Source: the human T2T-CHM13v2.0 reference genome, Homo sapiens
NCBI RefSeq assembly: GCF_009914755.1
Contig: NC_060927.1
Direction: 5' to 3' (one strand)
DNA: 64,000 nucleotides
This document shows, in pieces, positions 1 through 11,779 of this stretch (position 1 is the stretch's first letter; the number at the start of each line of letters is the position of its first letter). The translations under genes were made by a program, and so were the position numbers. The notes beneath the pieces were generated by a model that did not search any database, was not told the origin of the DNA, and worked only from the letters and a program-made list of their open reading frames with translations.

Positions 1-630
1 TCAGTTTACAAAATTGTTCTAAATTGTTTTCCAAAGTGAAGGTCTCAGTTTATGCTTTTGTCAGCAAGGTTTAAAAAATATTGATGCTTTATGTTTCTTC
101 CAACATTTGGTATTGTTATATTTCCTAATTATCGTCAATAGATTTTTAAAAAAATAATGCTCCCTTACCATAGTTTCAGTTTGTATTCACCTGATAGTAT
201 TTATATGAACACCTACTCATATGTTTACTAGCATATATGTTTGTTTGAAGAATGCCTCTTCACGATTTATCTGGAGTTTCATTTGAATTTTCCATGAAGA
301 TTATTATGTTATCTGCAAATAGTGAACATTTTATTTCTTCTTTTTCAATTGTTATGCCTTAAATGTCTTTTTCTATCTTATTTTGCCAGCTAGAACATCC
401 AGTGCAATGTTGAGTTGAATGGTACAAAATCTTATTCTAATTCTGACTTTAAAGAAAGTGCTTTAAACACTTCTCCATTTAGGTTGTTATTTGTTATTGC
501 TGTTGTTTGATAGAAACCCTTTATCAGGTTGAAGACTTTTTTTTATTTCAAATTTACTAGGAATTTTTGAATTGTGAAATTATTTTCAATTTTATTAAGT
601 GATTCTTCTGCATATTTTGAAATTACATTA
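1..630 (-). mobile_element. Old L1M fragments
   Basis: Diverged antisense ORF2/3' motifs such as atctgcaaatagtga and gctagaacatccagtgcaatgttga. Confidence 0.6.
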
Positions 631-1931
631 CGGATGCAAAAATAAGTAATATATTTTTCAGGTCCTCAGAGAGATTGGAATTAACAGTAGGGGGAAAGTA
701 CACAAATGCACATGCAGTTGCATATACCCAGTAAACCTGTAAAACAAATGAACAGGGTTGTTAATTTTTCCAAAAATTTCCTTTGAAAAATTATCTTGTA
801 GAAGGTGGCGCTTAATATGGGCCTTGAAGGATGAATACATTTTAACAGAAAGTTAAGACATGGGATGAAGGGAAAGAAGGAAAGGTCTTTGTTGAAAGGT
901 CTGTTCTAGGTAAAGATATACAGTTACGAAAATGAATGATGAATGCTAACTGATCATTTGGCTGAATCAAAGAATGCAAAGAAAAATATCAGCTACATCT
1001 GTTGATACCATATTTTAGAAAACAACACATTTAAGAATAATAATTCTAAAAAGAAATGTCACTGAAACTGTATTTTAAAAGTTAGATATTTTAGGTAGAT
1101 AAATCTAGCATCATACTGTGTGTTCCAGAAAACACATGCTGCTCTTAAAAAGGGGTTTCATTGTCAAGAAATTTGGTAAATACTGCATATTGCACTCTAT
1201 AATCTATATTATGATATTAAAAGCTCTAAGATTTCCTGCAATTTAATATACTTTTTAGTCTACATTTTTCAAACACATTTGATACCGAAAATCTGAATAC
1301 ACCTTGGGTAATGTATCGAAGGATTTTCTTTTGAAAGTCAGTAGTACTGGGTAGCAAATTGGTTTATTAGGGAAGGAAGAAAAGTAGAAAAGGAGGGAAG
1401 AAAGATGCAAAGATTATACTAGGTTTTGTAAAGTGGTAAATGGAAAAATGAAGACATTAAGCAAAAATAGAGAAAATAGAGTGGGAGGTTTAATTCAGTT
1501 TGAGCTAGTACACTTTGGCGTTACTTCTGAGAATTTCAAGTGATTTTCAGCAAGCAGCTGAACATATATGTCTCTGAGGGACAGAATAGAGATTTGGAGT
1601 CACACATATGAAGCTAATGATGAGAGGGAATATGAATCCGCAATGAGAAAATGATACGAAATCAAACATCCACTTCAGAAAAAAGTTATTAGGGAACAGT
1701 TACAATTACAGGAACAAGAAGAAGAAAATAAGCGAGTAAAGTGGGTGAATAAAAACAAAAATAAGCCAAAACAAAAAATCCAAACAGCCCAGGAGAAAAA
1801 TCTATAGGTCAGTGTCCTGGAACACATAGGAATATTGCGGAATAGTTGTGGATGAAGAATAGTCTTTATCATTTTCTTAGAATTCATTTTCATTTTCTTT
1901 AGAATAACTGCAGATTTCAGAATATTCTATT

Positions 1932-1937
1932 TTTATT
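1932..1937 (-). terminator. Candidate AATAAA polyadenylation signal of the pseudogene
   Basis: tttatt on the + strand about 130 nt downstream of the TGA at 2070; the hexamer is common in AT-rich DNA. Confidence 0.3.
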
Positions 1938-2069
1938 AAGCTTGGGTTTTGAAGTCTGGCTTTATCTAAAGACGTCTGTTCATTGTGGGTTATGAACTAA
2001 GTCACGGTGCCAATAGCTTTTCCAGTTCTGTGACCCAACTGTGAAAAATATGGAGGGGGAAGGAAGTGT

Positions 2070-2696
2070 TCAGTTACAGATGGATGCTTTCCAACTCATT
2101 GTCACAGGGGTGTTCTGCACCATCTTGATACACAAGCAGCTAAGCCCCAGTATCTAATTTGAATTGGTGAGTTGAACAGTAATGATCTCTTCTAGCTCAG
2201 AGAGCATAAAAAGCATCAGTTTATCACTATCCATAGCATTTCTCAGAGCTTTCCAAATGAGAGGAGGAATCATGGATGCTTCCCAAGTGCAAGGAATATG
2301 TTTTATGGATAACTGTTGGTCGGGGAAGCCTGATAAACAGTTGAATAATTGAAACTGAACTTATCACTGCTCAATAAACTCTCCATTCTCATTAGCGATA
2401 CGTCTCATGAATTTCTTGCTGTCATTTACTTTGAAGCTCATGTCTTCACTGCAACTTACTTGGATCATGGAACTGCCGTGGTGAGCATCAACAAAGCCAG
2501 CCAGCGAGAGGTTTTCTGAGATATTGTCAGCATCATAAACTGTGTCAAATGATCCATTGAGATCAATTGCATGAGAATAGCCCCCAAATTCAACCATTAT
2601 TGGCAGAACAAGTAATGCATTGTCAAAATCTTCCAGCTCACCCAGATCTAGGTGATTTATCTCCCAAGAAACTTTTATAAATGGACCATAATTTCC
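2070..2696 (-). pseudogene. Terminal pseudo-exon (phase 0, 209 codons)
   Basis: ttttttttttcattgtgtag|GGA AAT TAT: GNYGPFIKVSWEINHLDLGELEDFDNALLVLPIMVEFGG...NGEFIEQ**VQFQLFNCLSGFPDQQLSIKHIPCTWEASMIPPLIWKALRNAMDSDKLMLFMLSELEEIITVQLTNSN*ILGLSCLCIKMVQNTPVTMSWKASICN*. The first 110 codons are stop-free. An internal gtaagt at 2459 could define a shorter 237-nt exon. Confidence 0.75.
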
Positions 2697-2759
2697 CTAC
2701 ACAATGAAAAAAAAAATAAAAGCCACCCTCTACTCTCTACTATGTCTTCAGGGAAACAG

Positions 2760-3050
2760 AAATGATGGACAGGGATTACTTATGAGGAAAGATTAAAAGA
2801 GCTTAGGGACAAATACAGGGGAAAATAATGATAGCCTGTGAATATTTGAAAGAAATAAAAACAGATGAGAGTGAAATTACAGTATTCAGAACGGCCCAGT
2901 AGGGGATAACTAGGAGTAATGGGATGAAAATAATGAAAACATTTAGGCTTATTCTCAGCAACATCTTGCTGGCAGTGCTAGATGACAGACTCATCTCCTG
3001 AGGCAAGTGACGGAATTGCTATCACCTTGGGAATTTGAAACTGGAATGGA
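2760..3050 (+). mobile_element. L3/CR1-type LINE 3' fragment
   Basis: tatgaggaaagattaaaagagct ... aactaggagtaatggg ... atttaggctt resembles the CR1/L3 3' end. Confidence 0.55.
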
Positions 3051-3172
3051 AAAATTAGGTTTGGTGGCAGACAGCAATGGAGGCAGACTCATTTGTTCTC
3101 ATTTTTTTTTTCCTGTCTTAAGATATTGTGATTCTCAGAGACAAAGAATGCTCAATGACTATCTTTGATCAC

Positions 3173-3368
3173 CTTAGTATGTTTCTGTGCATCATTTATA
3201 AAGCTTCACATGTGTCTTCGGAGAATCATTTGGCTGATTTATGCTCTAGTGTAGGACAATTTTTTTTTCTTATCAGTAATACATCTTCTTTTCAGTTATT
3301 GGTCCTAATGTGTCATTCTTGACATGTGGATTGCATGCCTCTGATTATATTATGTGTCCTCAGAGGCA
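3173..3368 (-). pseudogene. Candidate pseudo-exon 15 (ends phase 0)
   Basis: tatatttcag|TG ... ACT AAG|gtgatc. The 3' part LSYTRA*ISQMILRRHM*SFINDAQKHTK joins the last exon in frame; the 5' frame is unclear around an A9 run. Confidence 0.45.
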
Positions 3369-3659
3369 CTGAAATATACATGAGGATAAAAACCTCAGAA
3401 ACAACAGGTAGGGGGTGCAAAGACTACTCTGGGAACCAAAATGTCACTACTTGCAGAGAAATCCAGCACACACAGGAATTTGTTATCTGGTGCCAGTGGG
3501 CTACCTTTACAGAGCTCATGGACCCTCTTAAGTAGTATGAAATACACTGTGTGAGTATAGGTTCTTTTTTCTTTGTAGATGATCCATAGTGTTCTTTAGC
3601 TTCTCAAGAGGACACTTAACTCTCTGCTCCTGATTTAAACAAATAAAAAAAGCTAAGCG

Positions 3660-3950
3660 GGTTGGGCGCGGTGGCTCACGCCTGTAATCCCAGCACTTTG
3701 GGAGGCCGAGGCGGGCAGATCACAAGGTCAGGAGATCGAGACCATCCTGGCTAACACGGTAAAACCCCATCTCTACTAAAAATAGAAAAAATTAGCTGGG
3801 CGTGGTGGCGGGTGCCTGTAGTCCCAGCTACTCGGGAGGCTGAGGCAGGAGAATGGTGTGAACCTGGGAGGCCGAGCTTGCAGTGAGCCGAGATCACGTC
3901 ACCGCTCCAGCCTGGGTGACAGAGCGAGACTCTGTCTCAAAAAAAAAAAA
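3660..3950 (+). mobile_element. AluY
   Basis: Full dimer with gagatcgagaccatcctggctaacacgg, A-tail and TSD aaaaaaagctaag(c/t)g. Confidence 0.95.
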
Positions 3951-5329
3951 AAGCTAAGTGAACATGTGAACAGATACTCATTGGAATTCCATTTCTAAAT
4001 GTTTTATGATGGTGTGAGATAATATAAAGTGTCTTGACATTTATTTTTTGGGAAGCACTAAAGACTTTTTGCGTTATTTGTCTAATGCTCCTTGAAATTG
4101 TCTCTGATTACAACTGTAGACAGAAAAGATATTTGTATGTCTCATCTCAGGATTTGAGACACACTCTGCCTGTTTATGTATTTTTTTATTCTTTCAAAAC
4201 TGATACATTCTCTATTTAAATAATTAAAGAATGTATAAAAGCATATAAAAGAATAGTAAAAACTCACTTAAAACAAATTTCACTCTACAGAAATAGCTTT
4301 TATAACCATTAGGTGAATGCCATTCCAAATCTCTCTGTATACATGTGAAGACAGACATATTATTACAAGACCAGAAAAACTCTGTAAAAATTCATCATTA
4401 TATAAATGTTAATTAAAATAATTGTTAATTTGGTTTTATATAAATTTAATAGAAATCAAAGAAACTCAAAGGAATAGAAAGAATTGAATATCAAGACGTT
4501 TTTACCATATATGTATTAATTTTCTCAATAATCCCTCTAAATTTAAAAAGTAGTATTATAAAAAAACATGAAGAACTTGGTGTCATTATTGTCTTAAATG
4601 ACACTGTAATTTTGTCTTTTAGCTTCCTTCTAAAAACCATTAGGAAACTAGCAATTTTCTACATCTTCCAATCACCTCTCCCCCAATTTTCTGATATAGT
4701 TTTATTATTAAACTTGCTATTTCAGCTCTGTAATTTCTTCTTTTAGTTTTTAAAAATCATCTTATCTCAGAGGTCGCATTTTATTTAATTTAGGTAGTTA
4801 AAAATCTCTAACATAAAATATTTTGGGGGGAATTTCTTCTGATCCTTGAGTTATTTTTAATTTCTGATTGGGCTTATCAATTATCTCAATTTCTCTTTAT
4901 TGGAGAAAGTTCTCAGTCTACTTGCTGTGCTGTTTATTGTCACCTTGCTTATGCATCGTGTGGGCAGCTCTCTCCAAAAATTGCATTTGCTCTGTTATAG
5001 TGTGGGGTGACTTCTCCTTGACTTGCTTCCCACTCTACCTGAAGTTGTTTCCTACCATGAGCCATAATCTTAGAGGTGTATATTCCTGTTTTAGGTACTT
5101 TTCTTTAGATCAAAGGTATGGAATAGAATGGGAAGAGAACACACCCGAGACTTAGTATTAGGATATGAGGCCTTTTCTTTTCTCTTTTCCATTATGCACA
5201 TGGTTAAACCTGCAGTACCGTGGTTTACTCAACTCAGTTCAAGAATATGCAGCTGAGATCCCAGCATTTGCAGTGCCAGCAACTAAGATTTAGAAACAGA
5301 ATTCACTCTGCCCTTCCGTCTACCTCATT

Positions 5330-5654
5330 TTTTGTTGTTGTTGTTGTTGCTGTTGTTGTTTTTGACACAGAGTCTTGCTCTGTCACTCAGGCTGGAGTGC
5401 AGTGGTGCGATCTTGGCCCACTGGCTCACTGCAACCTCTGCCTCCTGAGTTCAAGCAATTCTTCTGCCTTAGCCTACCTGAGTAGCTGAGATTACAGGTG
5501 CCTGCCACCATGCCTGGCTAATTTTTGTATTTTTAGTAGAGATGGGGTTTCACCATGTTGGCCAGGCTGGTCTTGAACTCCTGACCTCAAGTGATCCACC
5601 AGCCTCGAACTTCCAAACTGCTGGGATTACAGGTGTGAGCCACTGCGCCCAGCC
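5330..5654 (-). mobile_element. AluS (Sx/Sz-like) with (TTG)n tail
   Basis: Dimer; TSD tacctcatt at 5321-5329 and 5655-5663. Confidence 0.93.
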
Positions 5655-5923
5655 TACCTCATTGCTTTTCCGTGAGCAAGAGTCCCTGGATCCTCCCACA
5701 AGAGAGCAACTCAGTTTATCGTTGTTTCTGTTCCACAAATCTTTACCTTTCATTTTGAAATTCTCTTTTCTAATTTATGATGTCAGCTTACCTGTTGTTT
5801 TAATTTCTTCTCAGATTCGATACCTTGCTATTTACATGCTTTCTTGTCTCTGCATTTCTTTCTGCTCCCACTACAAATAGGTTTTCTCTATCTCTAAACC
5901 AAACAACCATGAATTGGATTGAC

Positions 5924-6180
5924 CATTAGCACTCCTGATGGAGAAGATTCTCTCCATCCAGACTTTCTTGTTTGTAACTCCCCTGTGTATGAGTTGACTC
6001 CTTTTAGGTCTCATGGTCCAATCAGCTGTGTTCAGAATTTGGGGTTTATAGAATCAAAATTATGATCACTTTTGCTGAATAAATTCCCTTGGGATACTTC
6101 TGAATGTACCATAAAAGAGTACTCTTAATAATAGAATAGGGGTATTGATACGGCCTGCAAACCATCTAAGACCATTAGCC
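5924..6180 (-). pseudogene. Pseudo-exon 14 (starts phase 1; donor uncertain)
   Basis: gctaat followed by tctttatctgcatctgatag|GG CTA ATG: LMVLDGLQAVSIPLFYY*EYSFMVHSEVSQGNLFSKSDHNFDSINPKF*TQLIGP*DLKGVNSYTGELQTRKSGWRESSPSGVLM. Several weak GT donors lie between 5899 and 5923. Confidence 0.6.
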
Positions 6181-7509
6181 CTATCAGATGCAGATAAAGA
6201 ATTAGCTATTGGTTATTAGCATAAGTTTTTGTTTTGGAGAAAAAGTCATGTTTTGCAAGTGACATAAGAAAGCTGTATTTGCACCCTTCACAAGCTGATT
6301 TACAAAAAAGAAAAAAATAAATGATTAATTAAATTCAACTTTTAAGACATTTACATATAGAGAAATATACATACATTTACATATAGAGAAATAGCCTATA
6401 TTATGATATAAGAAATAACATTTTGAATAATAAAAGGTGGTATTTATTGATAAAGGCTAAGGTGAGAGTTGTGGCAAAATCTTGCTATTTCAGATAAGCC
6501 ACCATAAAATGGGTTTTTGTTTTTCATCATTAGACCGTCTGACTGAATTACACAGGAAACTGCTGTAACTCTCAATTCTGTCTATACAGAGAGCCAGAGG
6601 AACACTAAATATTTGAATGAACAGATCGTTGAAGGAAATCTGCATTAAACTATGATCTTCACCCTGATGAAATGCTAAGAAACTATCTTACATAAATCCT
6701 TCCTGATGAGGAAACTGAGGCTCACAGTAGAGAAAAACTTGTCTACAGCAAATGAGGGCTGAACCTGGCTCTTTTCATTTCCTATCCCGGCTCATTTCAT
6801 TTCTGATCTAGAATCTTTTTCACTCTGCCACATAGCTTCCAGCTCAGATCAATGTTTTCTCAAATACAGGACACCCGAGAGGCTCTTAGGCCCTTTCAGG
6901 GGAAATGAGTCCCTGAATGGGTGATTTATAGATGCAATAACGCTTAGCCTTGAAATGCCCGAGGAAAGAAAACAGACTCTGATAGGTAGCGCCTGACTAA
7001 AACCCAAAACCTATTTATACCTAGACATTGTGGCTCCTTCATCAGAAAGGAGAGGATGGGGTGGAGAATAATTTAGGAAACATGCAAGAGATTACTGAGG
7101 GCATATTGAAATATTGGTGTTGCATATTTTTATTCCGTCTGGTAGAAGTAGAAAGGAAAAGAAAATCTTACACAGGCTGGAAAAGCATTGATGTTAGGCG
7201 CAACTGGGGGCAATAATGTGGAGCATCTTTTCTAGCAGGTTGAAAGTCCCTAAGTCAACTCAAATATTCTATGTCAACAGAGTGGTTAAAAAAAGTAGTG
7301 TATCCATACTAAGGAATAATACATAGCTAACAAGAATAGTGAAGATTTGTAAAACCTACTATTAAATGAAAGAAATCAAGATTCAAAATATGTATAGTAT
7401 GATAACATATTTAAAAATATATACACATATCCCTATATATTTTAGTATGTGTATAAAGTGTTATAGATAAATGTATGGTAAAACATCTCAAATGATACAC
7501 TGTGGATAG

Positions 7510-7726
7510 CAGTTTCCAACCAGGACTGATTTTGCCCCCACGGGGACATTTGGAAATGCTTAGAGATATTTTTGATTGTCGCAGATGGGGCCAAGGGAAA
7601 TGCTACCGACACCTAGGCGATACAATGCCCTAAACAAGGATGAGACTAAACAGCGTTCAGGACAACCCTGCAACAAAAAAATCATTTCCCTCACTATGTC
7701 AATAGTGCTGAGATTGAGAAACCCTG
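7510..7726. mobile_element. MER20 (hAT-Charlie)
   Basis: gattttgccccc ... ggggacatttgg ... atgtcaatagtgctgagattgagaaaccctg. Confidence 0.8.
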
Positions 7727-8280
7727 CTTTAAATTGATAACAATGATTTTCTCTGGAGGGGCAAATGGAACCTAGGCGTTAAGAGTTTTGGGCTTCAAGC
7801 AGAACTTCTACTTTATTTTTACTGTTTGTGCTTCCATTAATGAGATTATGCTGATATATTACTGGTAAATTTTTTAAAATGAAGCTTAAATTACAATAGA
7901 TGCCTACATGTGTTGCCAAATTTAGATTTCCCCATTAGCGCATAGATGTGAGAATGCAATGATTTTTTAAACAAGTTGGTGGTAAGTGGCATTGAATGGT
8001 AGGTGCATTGTAGTGTGCTGAGAGAGAGGTGAGGAAAATCCTGCCTCTAAAGGATGAGCGGCAGCTGATGGAAGATAAATGAGAAAGACTGCTGATTTCA
8101 TTCATTATGCTACCAATCTGCTAGCAATGGAAAGTTGAAGAAAATACTGTTGTAAACATCTATGTAGAGACTAGCTAGGATGAACAGCTGTTAATAATTT
8201 GCTGTAATGACTTCAAATTTCATTCTCTTTCTCAATTTCTTTTTCCCCCTTTGGAAAAAACATCATTATTTTGATATATA

Positions 8281-8683
8281 TCAATCAACAAGTGGATAAA
8301 GAAACTGTGGTGTATGTATATGATGGAATACTGATCAGCCATAAAAAGGAATGAATTAATGGCATTTGCAGTTACCTGGATGAGATTGGAGACTATTATT
8401 CTAAGTGAAATAACTCAGGAATGGAAAAGCAAATGTTGTATGTTCTCACTCATAAGTGGGAGCTAACCTATGAGGATGCAAAGGCATAAAAATGACACAG
8501 TGGACTTCGGGGACTCGGGGAAATGTTGGGAAGGGTGTGAAGGATAAAAGACTGCAAATCCGGTGCAGTGTATACTGCTCGGGTGGGGGTGCACCAGAAT
8601 CTCACAAATCACCACTAAAGAACTCAACCATGTAACCAAACACCGCCTGTTCCCCAATGACCTGTGGAAACTAAAAAAAAAAA
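8281..8683 (+). mobile_element. L1PB1-like 3' end
   Basis: tatgaggatgcaaaggcataa ... caaatcaccactaaagaact ... ctgttccccaa followed by an A-tail. Confidence 0.85.
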
Positions 8684-8799
8684 TTTTTAATACATAAAAA
8701 CTTAATATTTTTAATAGTATCATTCTTCTGCAGGACTTTGTCTTTCATTAAATGGTTATCTATATTAATCCATATGGACAAAGATATTTCTAATTTATT

Positions 8800-11770
8800 T
8801 GAAATGCTACACGTATCATCATGGGAATAGTTCATGGTTTATTTATCCATCTTTCATTAGTTTGTTTCCTTTTTAAAAATTATTATAAAACATAATCACA
8901 AAGAACATCACTGTTCATATTTCCATGGTTGGAGGTTCCTCTAGGCAAATATCTCCAGAAATAAAATTTCTAAACCAAAAGATATGCATAAACTTAATGT
9001 TACCAGATAACAGATGCACCCTCCATCTCCGTGGAGTTTCAAACTGTGTTATTGTACCATCAGAAGGATACCCAAGAGTTCTTTTTTCTTTATAGCCTTG
9101 CAAACACTTGCCTCTTTAAGATTTTTGGCAAAAATTACTCTGATGGGTATAAAATAGTATGCCATTTTTAAATTTTGAATTTTCCTGATTACTGATGATT
9201 GAACAATTCTAAATTTTTTATCCATGTGTGATGGTTCATATTGAGTGTCAACTTGATGGGGTTGAAGTGTCAACCTGATTGAATTGAATGCATTGTTCCT
9301 AGGTGTGTCTGTGAGGGTGTTGCCAAAGGAGATTAACATTTGAGTCAGTGGACTGGGAGAGGCAGACCCATCCTCAGTCTGCACCATCTAATCAGCTGCC
9401 AGCATGGCTAGAATAAAAGCATGCAGAAGAAAGTGGAAGGGCTTGACATGCTGAGTCTTCTGGCCTTCATCTTTCTCCTGTACTGGATGCTTCCTGCCCT
9501 TGAACGTCGAACTCCAAGTTCTTCAGCTTTTGGACACTTGGACTCACACCAGTGGTTTGCCAGGGGCTCTGAGGTCTTCAGCCACAGACTGAAGGCTGCA
9601 CTGTCGGCTTCCATACTTTTGAGGTTTTGGAACTCGGACTGGCTTCCTTGCTTCTCAGCTTGCAGATGGCCTATTGTGGGACTTCACCTTGTGATCGTGT
9701 GAGTCAGTACTCCTTAATAAACTCCCCTTCATATATACGTCTATCCTATTAGTTCTGTCCCTCTAGAGAACCCTGACTAATACACCATGCTTTATATTCT
9801 GGATATTAATTTTTGTCTATGATGTGTCTTGTAAATTTATCAATGTTTTCTCTTATGGATCATGCTTTTGGTGTTGTGTCCACAAACTCTTTGCTCAGCC
9901 TTAGATACCAAATATTTTCTCATTTTTTCCCCTAATTCTTAGAGTTTTATGTTCTACCCTCATGATTCATGAGCTCATGATTCATTCTGGGTTGTTTGTA
10001 TAACATGTGAATATAAGGTCAAGGTTCATTTTTTAAAAAAACCTATAGCTGTCTAAATTTTCCACATCAGTTTTTGAAAGGGCTCGGTTGAATTGCTTTT
10101 GAACCTTTGTCACAAATCAGTTTGGCATATTATACGAGTCTATTTCTAATTTATTTGAATTTTTGTTCCTTTTCTGTTCCACGGATATATGTATTTATTT
10201 CACGGCCTTGATTGTTTTAGCTAGACAGTATGTCTTAAAATTAGGTAGACAGGTTTCTCTGACATTACTCTCCTTTTTCAAAAGTATTTTATCTGCTTTA
10301 ATTCTTTTGTCTTTCCTTATAAACTGTAGAATAATATTGTCTATAGCTACAAGAAAATTTCTTGGGATTTTGACAAGAATTGTGTCAAACCTGTATGACA
10401 ATCTGGGGGACCTGACATCTTTACTATATGAATCTTACAATCCATAAACTTAGTGTCTTCCATTTATTTAGCTCTTCGATTTCTTTCAGTAGCATTTTGG
10501 AATTTTCAGCATATAGATTCTGTATGTGATTTATTCAATACACAACTAAGAATTTCATTTTCCTTGGAGCAGTTAAAATGGTATTGTGCTCTATTTACTT
10601 TCTGCACGTGTATTGTTAGTATATAGAAATGTGACATAGTATTGCCTGTTGATCTTGTATCCCATGACCTTGCTTGACTCATTCAATATTTTAGGAGATT
10701 CTGTAGATTCCTTGGGATTTTCTACATTGTCAGTTAGTTCATCTGCAAGTAGGAAGAATTTAATCCCTCTTTTTTTTTTTTTTTTAACCTCCATAGGGCT
10801 TTTTGTTTTCTTTTCCTGACTTGTTGCACTGGGTAGAACTTTCACAATGACATTAGGAACATAATTTTAGTGGTAGGTGTAGTCTTTATTAATTGGGGGC
10901 ATTCCTCTCTATTCCTGTTTTTTTTTTTTGAAAGCCTAAATCAAGAAGGGATGCCAAATTTTCTCATTTTTTTTCTTCATTGATTGATATGCTCATGATC
11001 TTTCTTCTTCAGCTGGTTAATGCAGTGAATTATATTCATTTTTGAATATTAAACCAGCCTTGCATCAGTGCACTAAACCCCACTTAACCAGTTTGATTCT
11101 TTTTATATATTGCTAAATTCTATTTGCTTTTGTTTTGTTGAATTTTATGTTGATATTTATGACATATTAGTGTAGAGGTTTTTTTTACTGTCTAATTTTG
11201 GTATCAGGGTAACACTAGCTTCATACAATTAATTGAAAAGTATTTCCTCCTTTTTATTTTCTGCAAGAGATTGTGTAGAAGTTCATAATTAATTTTTTAA
11301 ACATTTGGAAGAATTCTCCCTTGAAACAATTGAACTTGCCCATTTTCTTTTTTGGGAGTTTTTAATTATAAATGCAATTTTCTTAATAGTTATGGGACTA
11401 CTCAAATGATCTATTTTATACTGAATTGTACTGGTTTGTGTTTTTCTAGATACTTGTTTCATTGCACCTAAGTGGTCCAATTTTTATATGTAGAGTTGTT
11501 TGGGGTATTTATTTATTATCCTTCTGATATTTGCAAAGTCTGTGGTAATATCCCCTGTGTTAGTCCTGATACTGGTAATTTGTGTCTTCTCTCTATCTCT
11601 TCTTTTGTTAGCCCTGCTAGAGGCCGATCAGTTTTATTGACGTCTTTGAAGAATTAGCTGTTTATTTCATTGATTTTTTATTGTTTTCTTGTTTTCAGTG
11701 TCAAGATTTTGCTCTGGTCTTTATCATTGCCTTCTCTCTGCTTGCTTTGTGTTTATTTTGTTCATCTTTA
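8800..11770 (-). mobile_element. Old L1M, interrupted by the MLT2A LTR
   Basis: Minus-strand ORF2 remnants (track 10195..10401, LPNFKTYC). Confidence 0.75.
9227..9784 (+). mobile_element. MLT2A2-like solo LTR (HERV-L)
   Basis: tgtgatggtt ... gagaaccctgactaataca with perfect 5-bp TSD ccatg (9222-9226, 9785-9789). Confidence 0.93.
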
Positions 11771-11779
11771 TCTGGGTTC

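Noticed and set aside
6347-6392. Short direct repeats (acatttacatatagagaaata x2; also gaggtaatgtaattt x2 near 36230) as an array or CRISPR
   Set aside because: Only two units each in eukaryotic DNA; ordinary slippage duplications.
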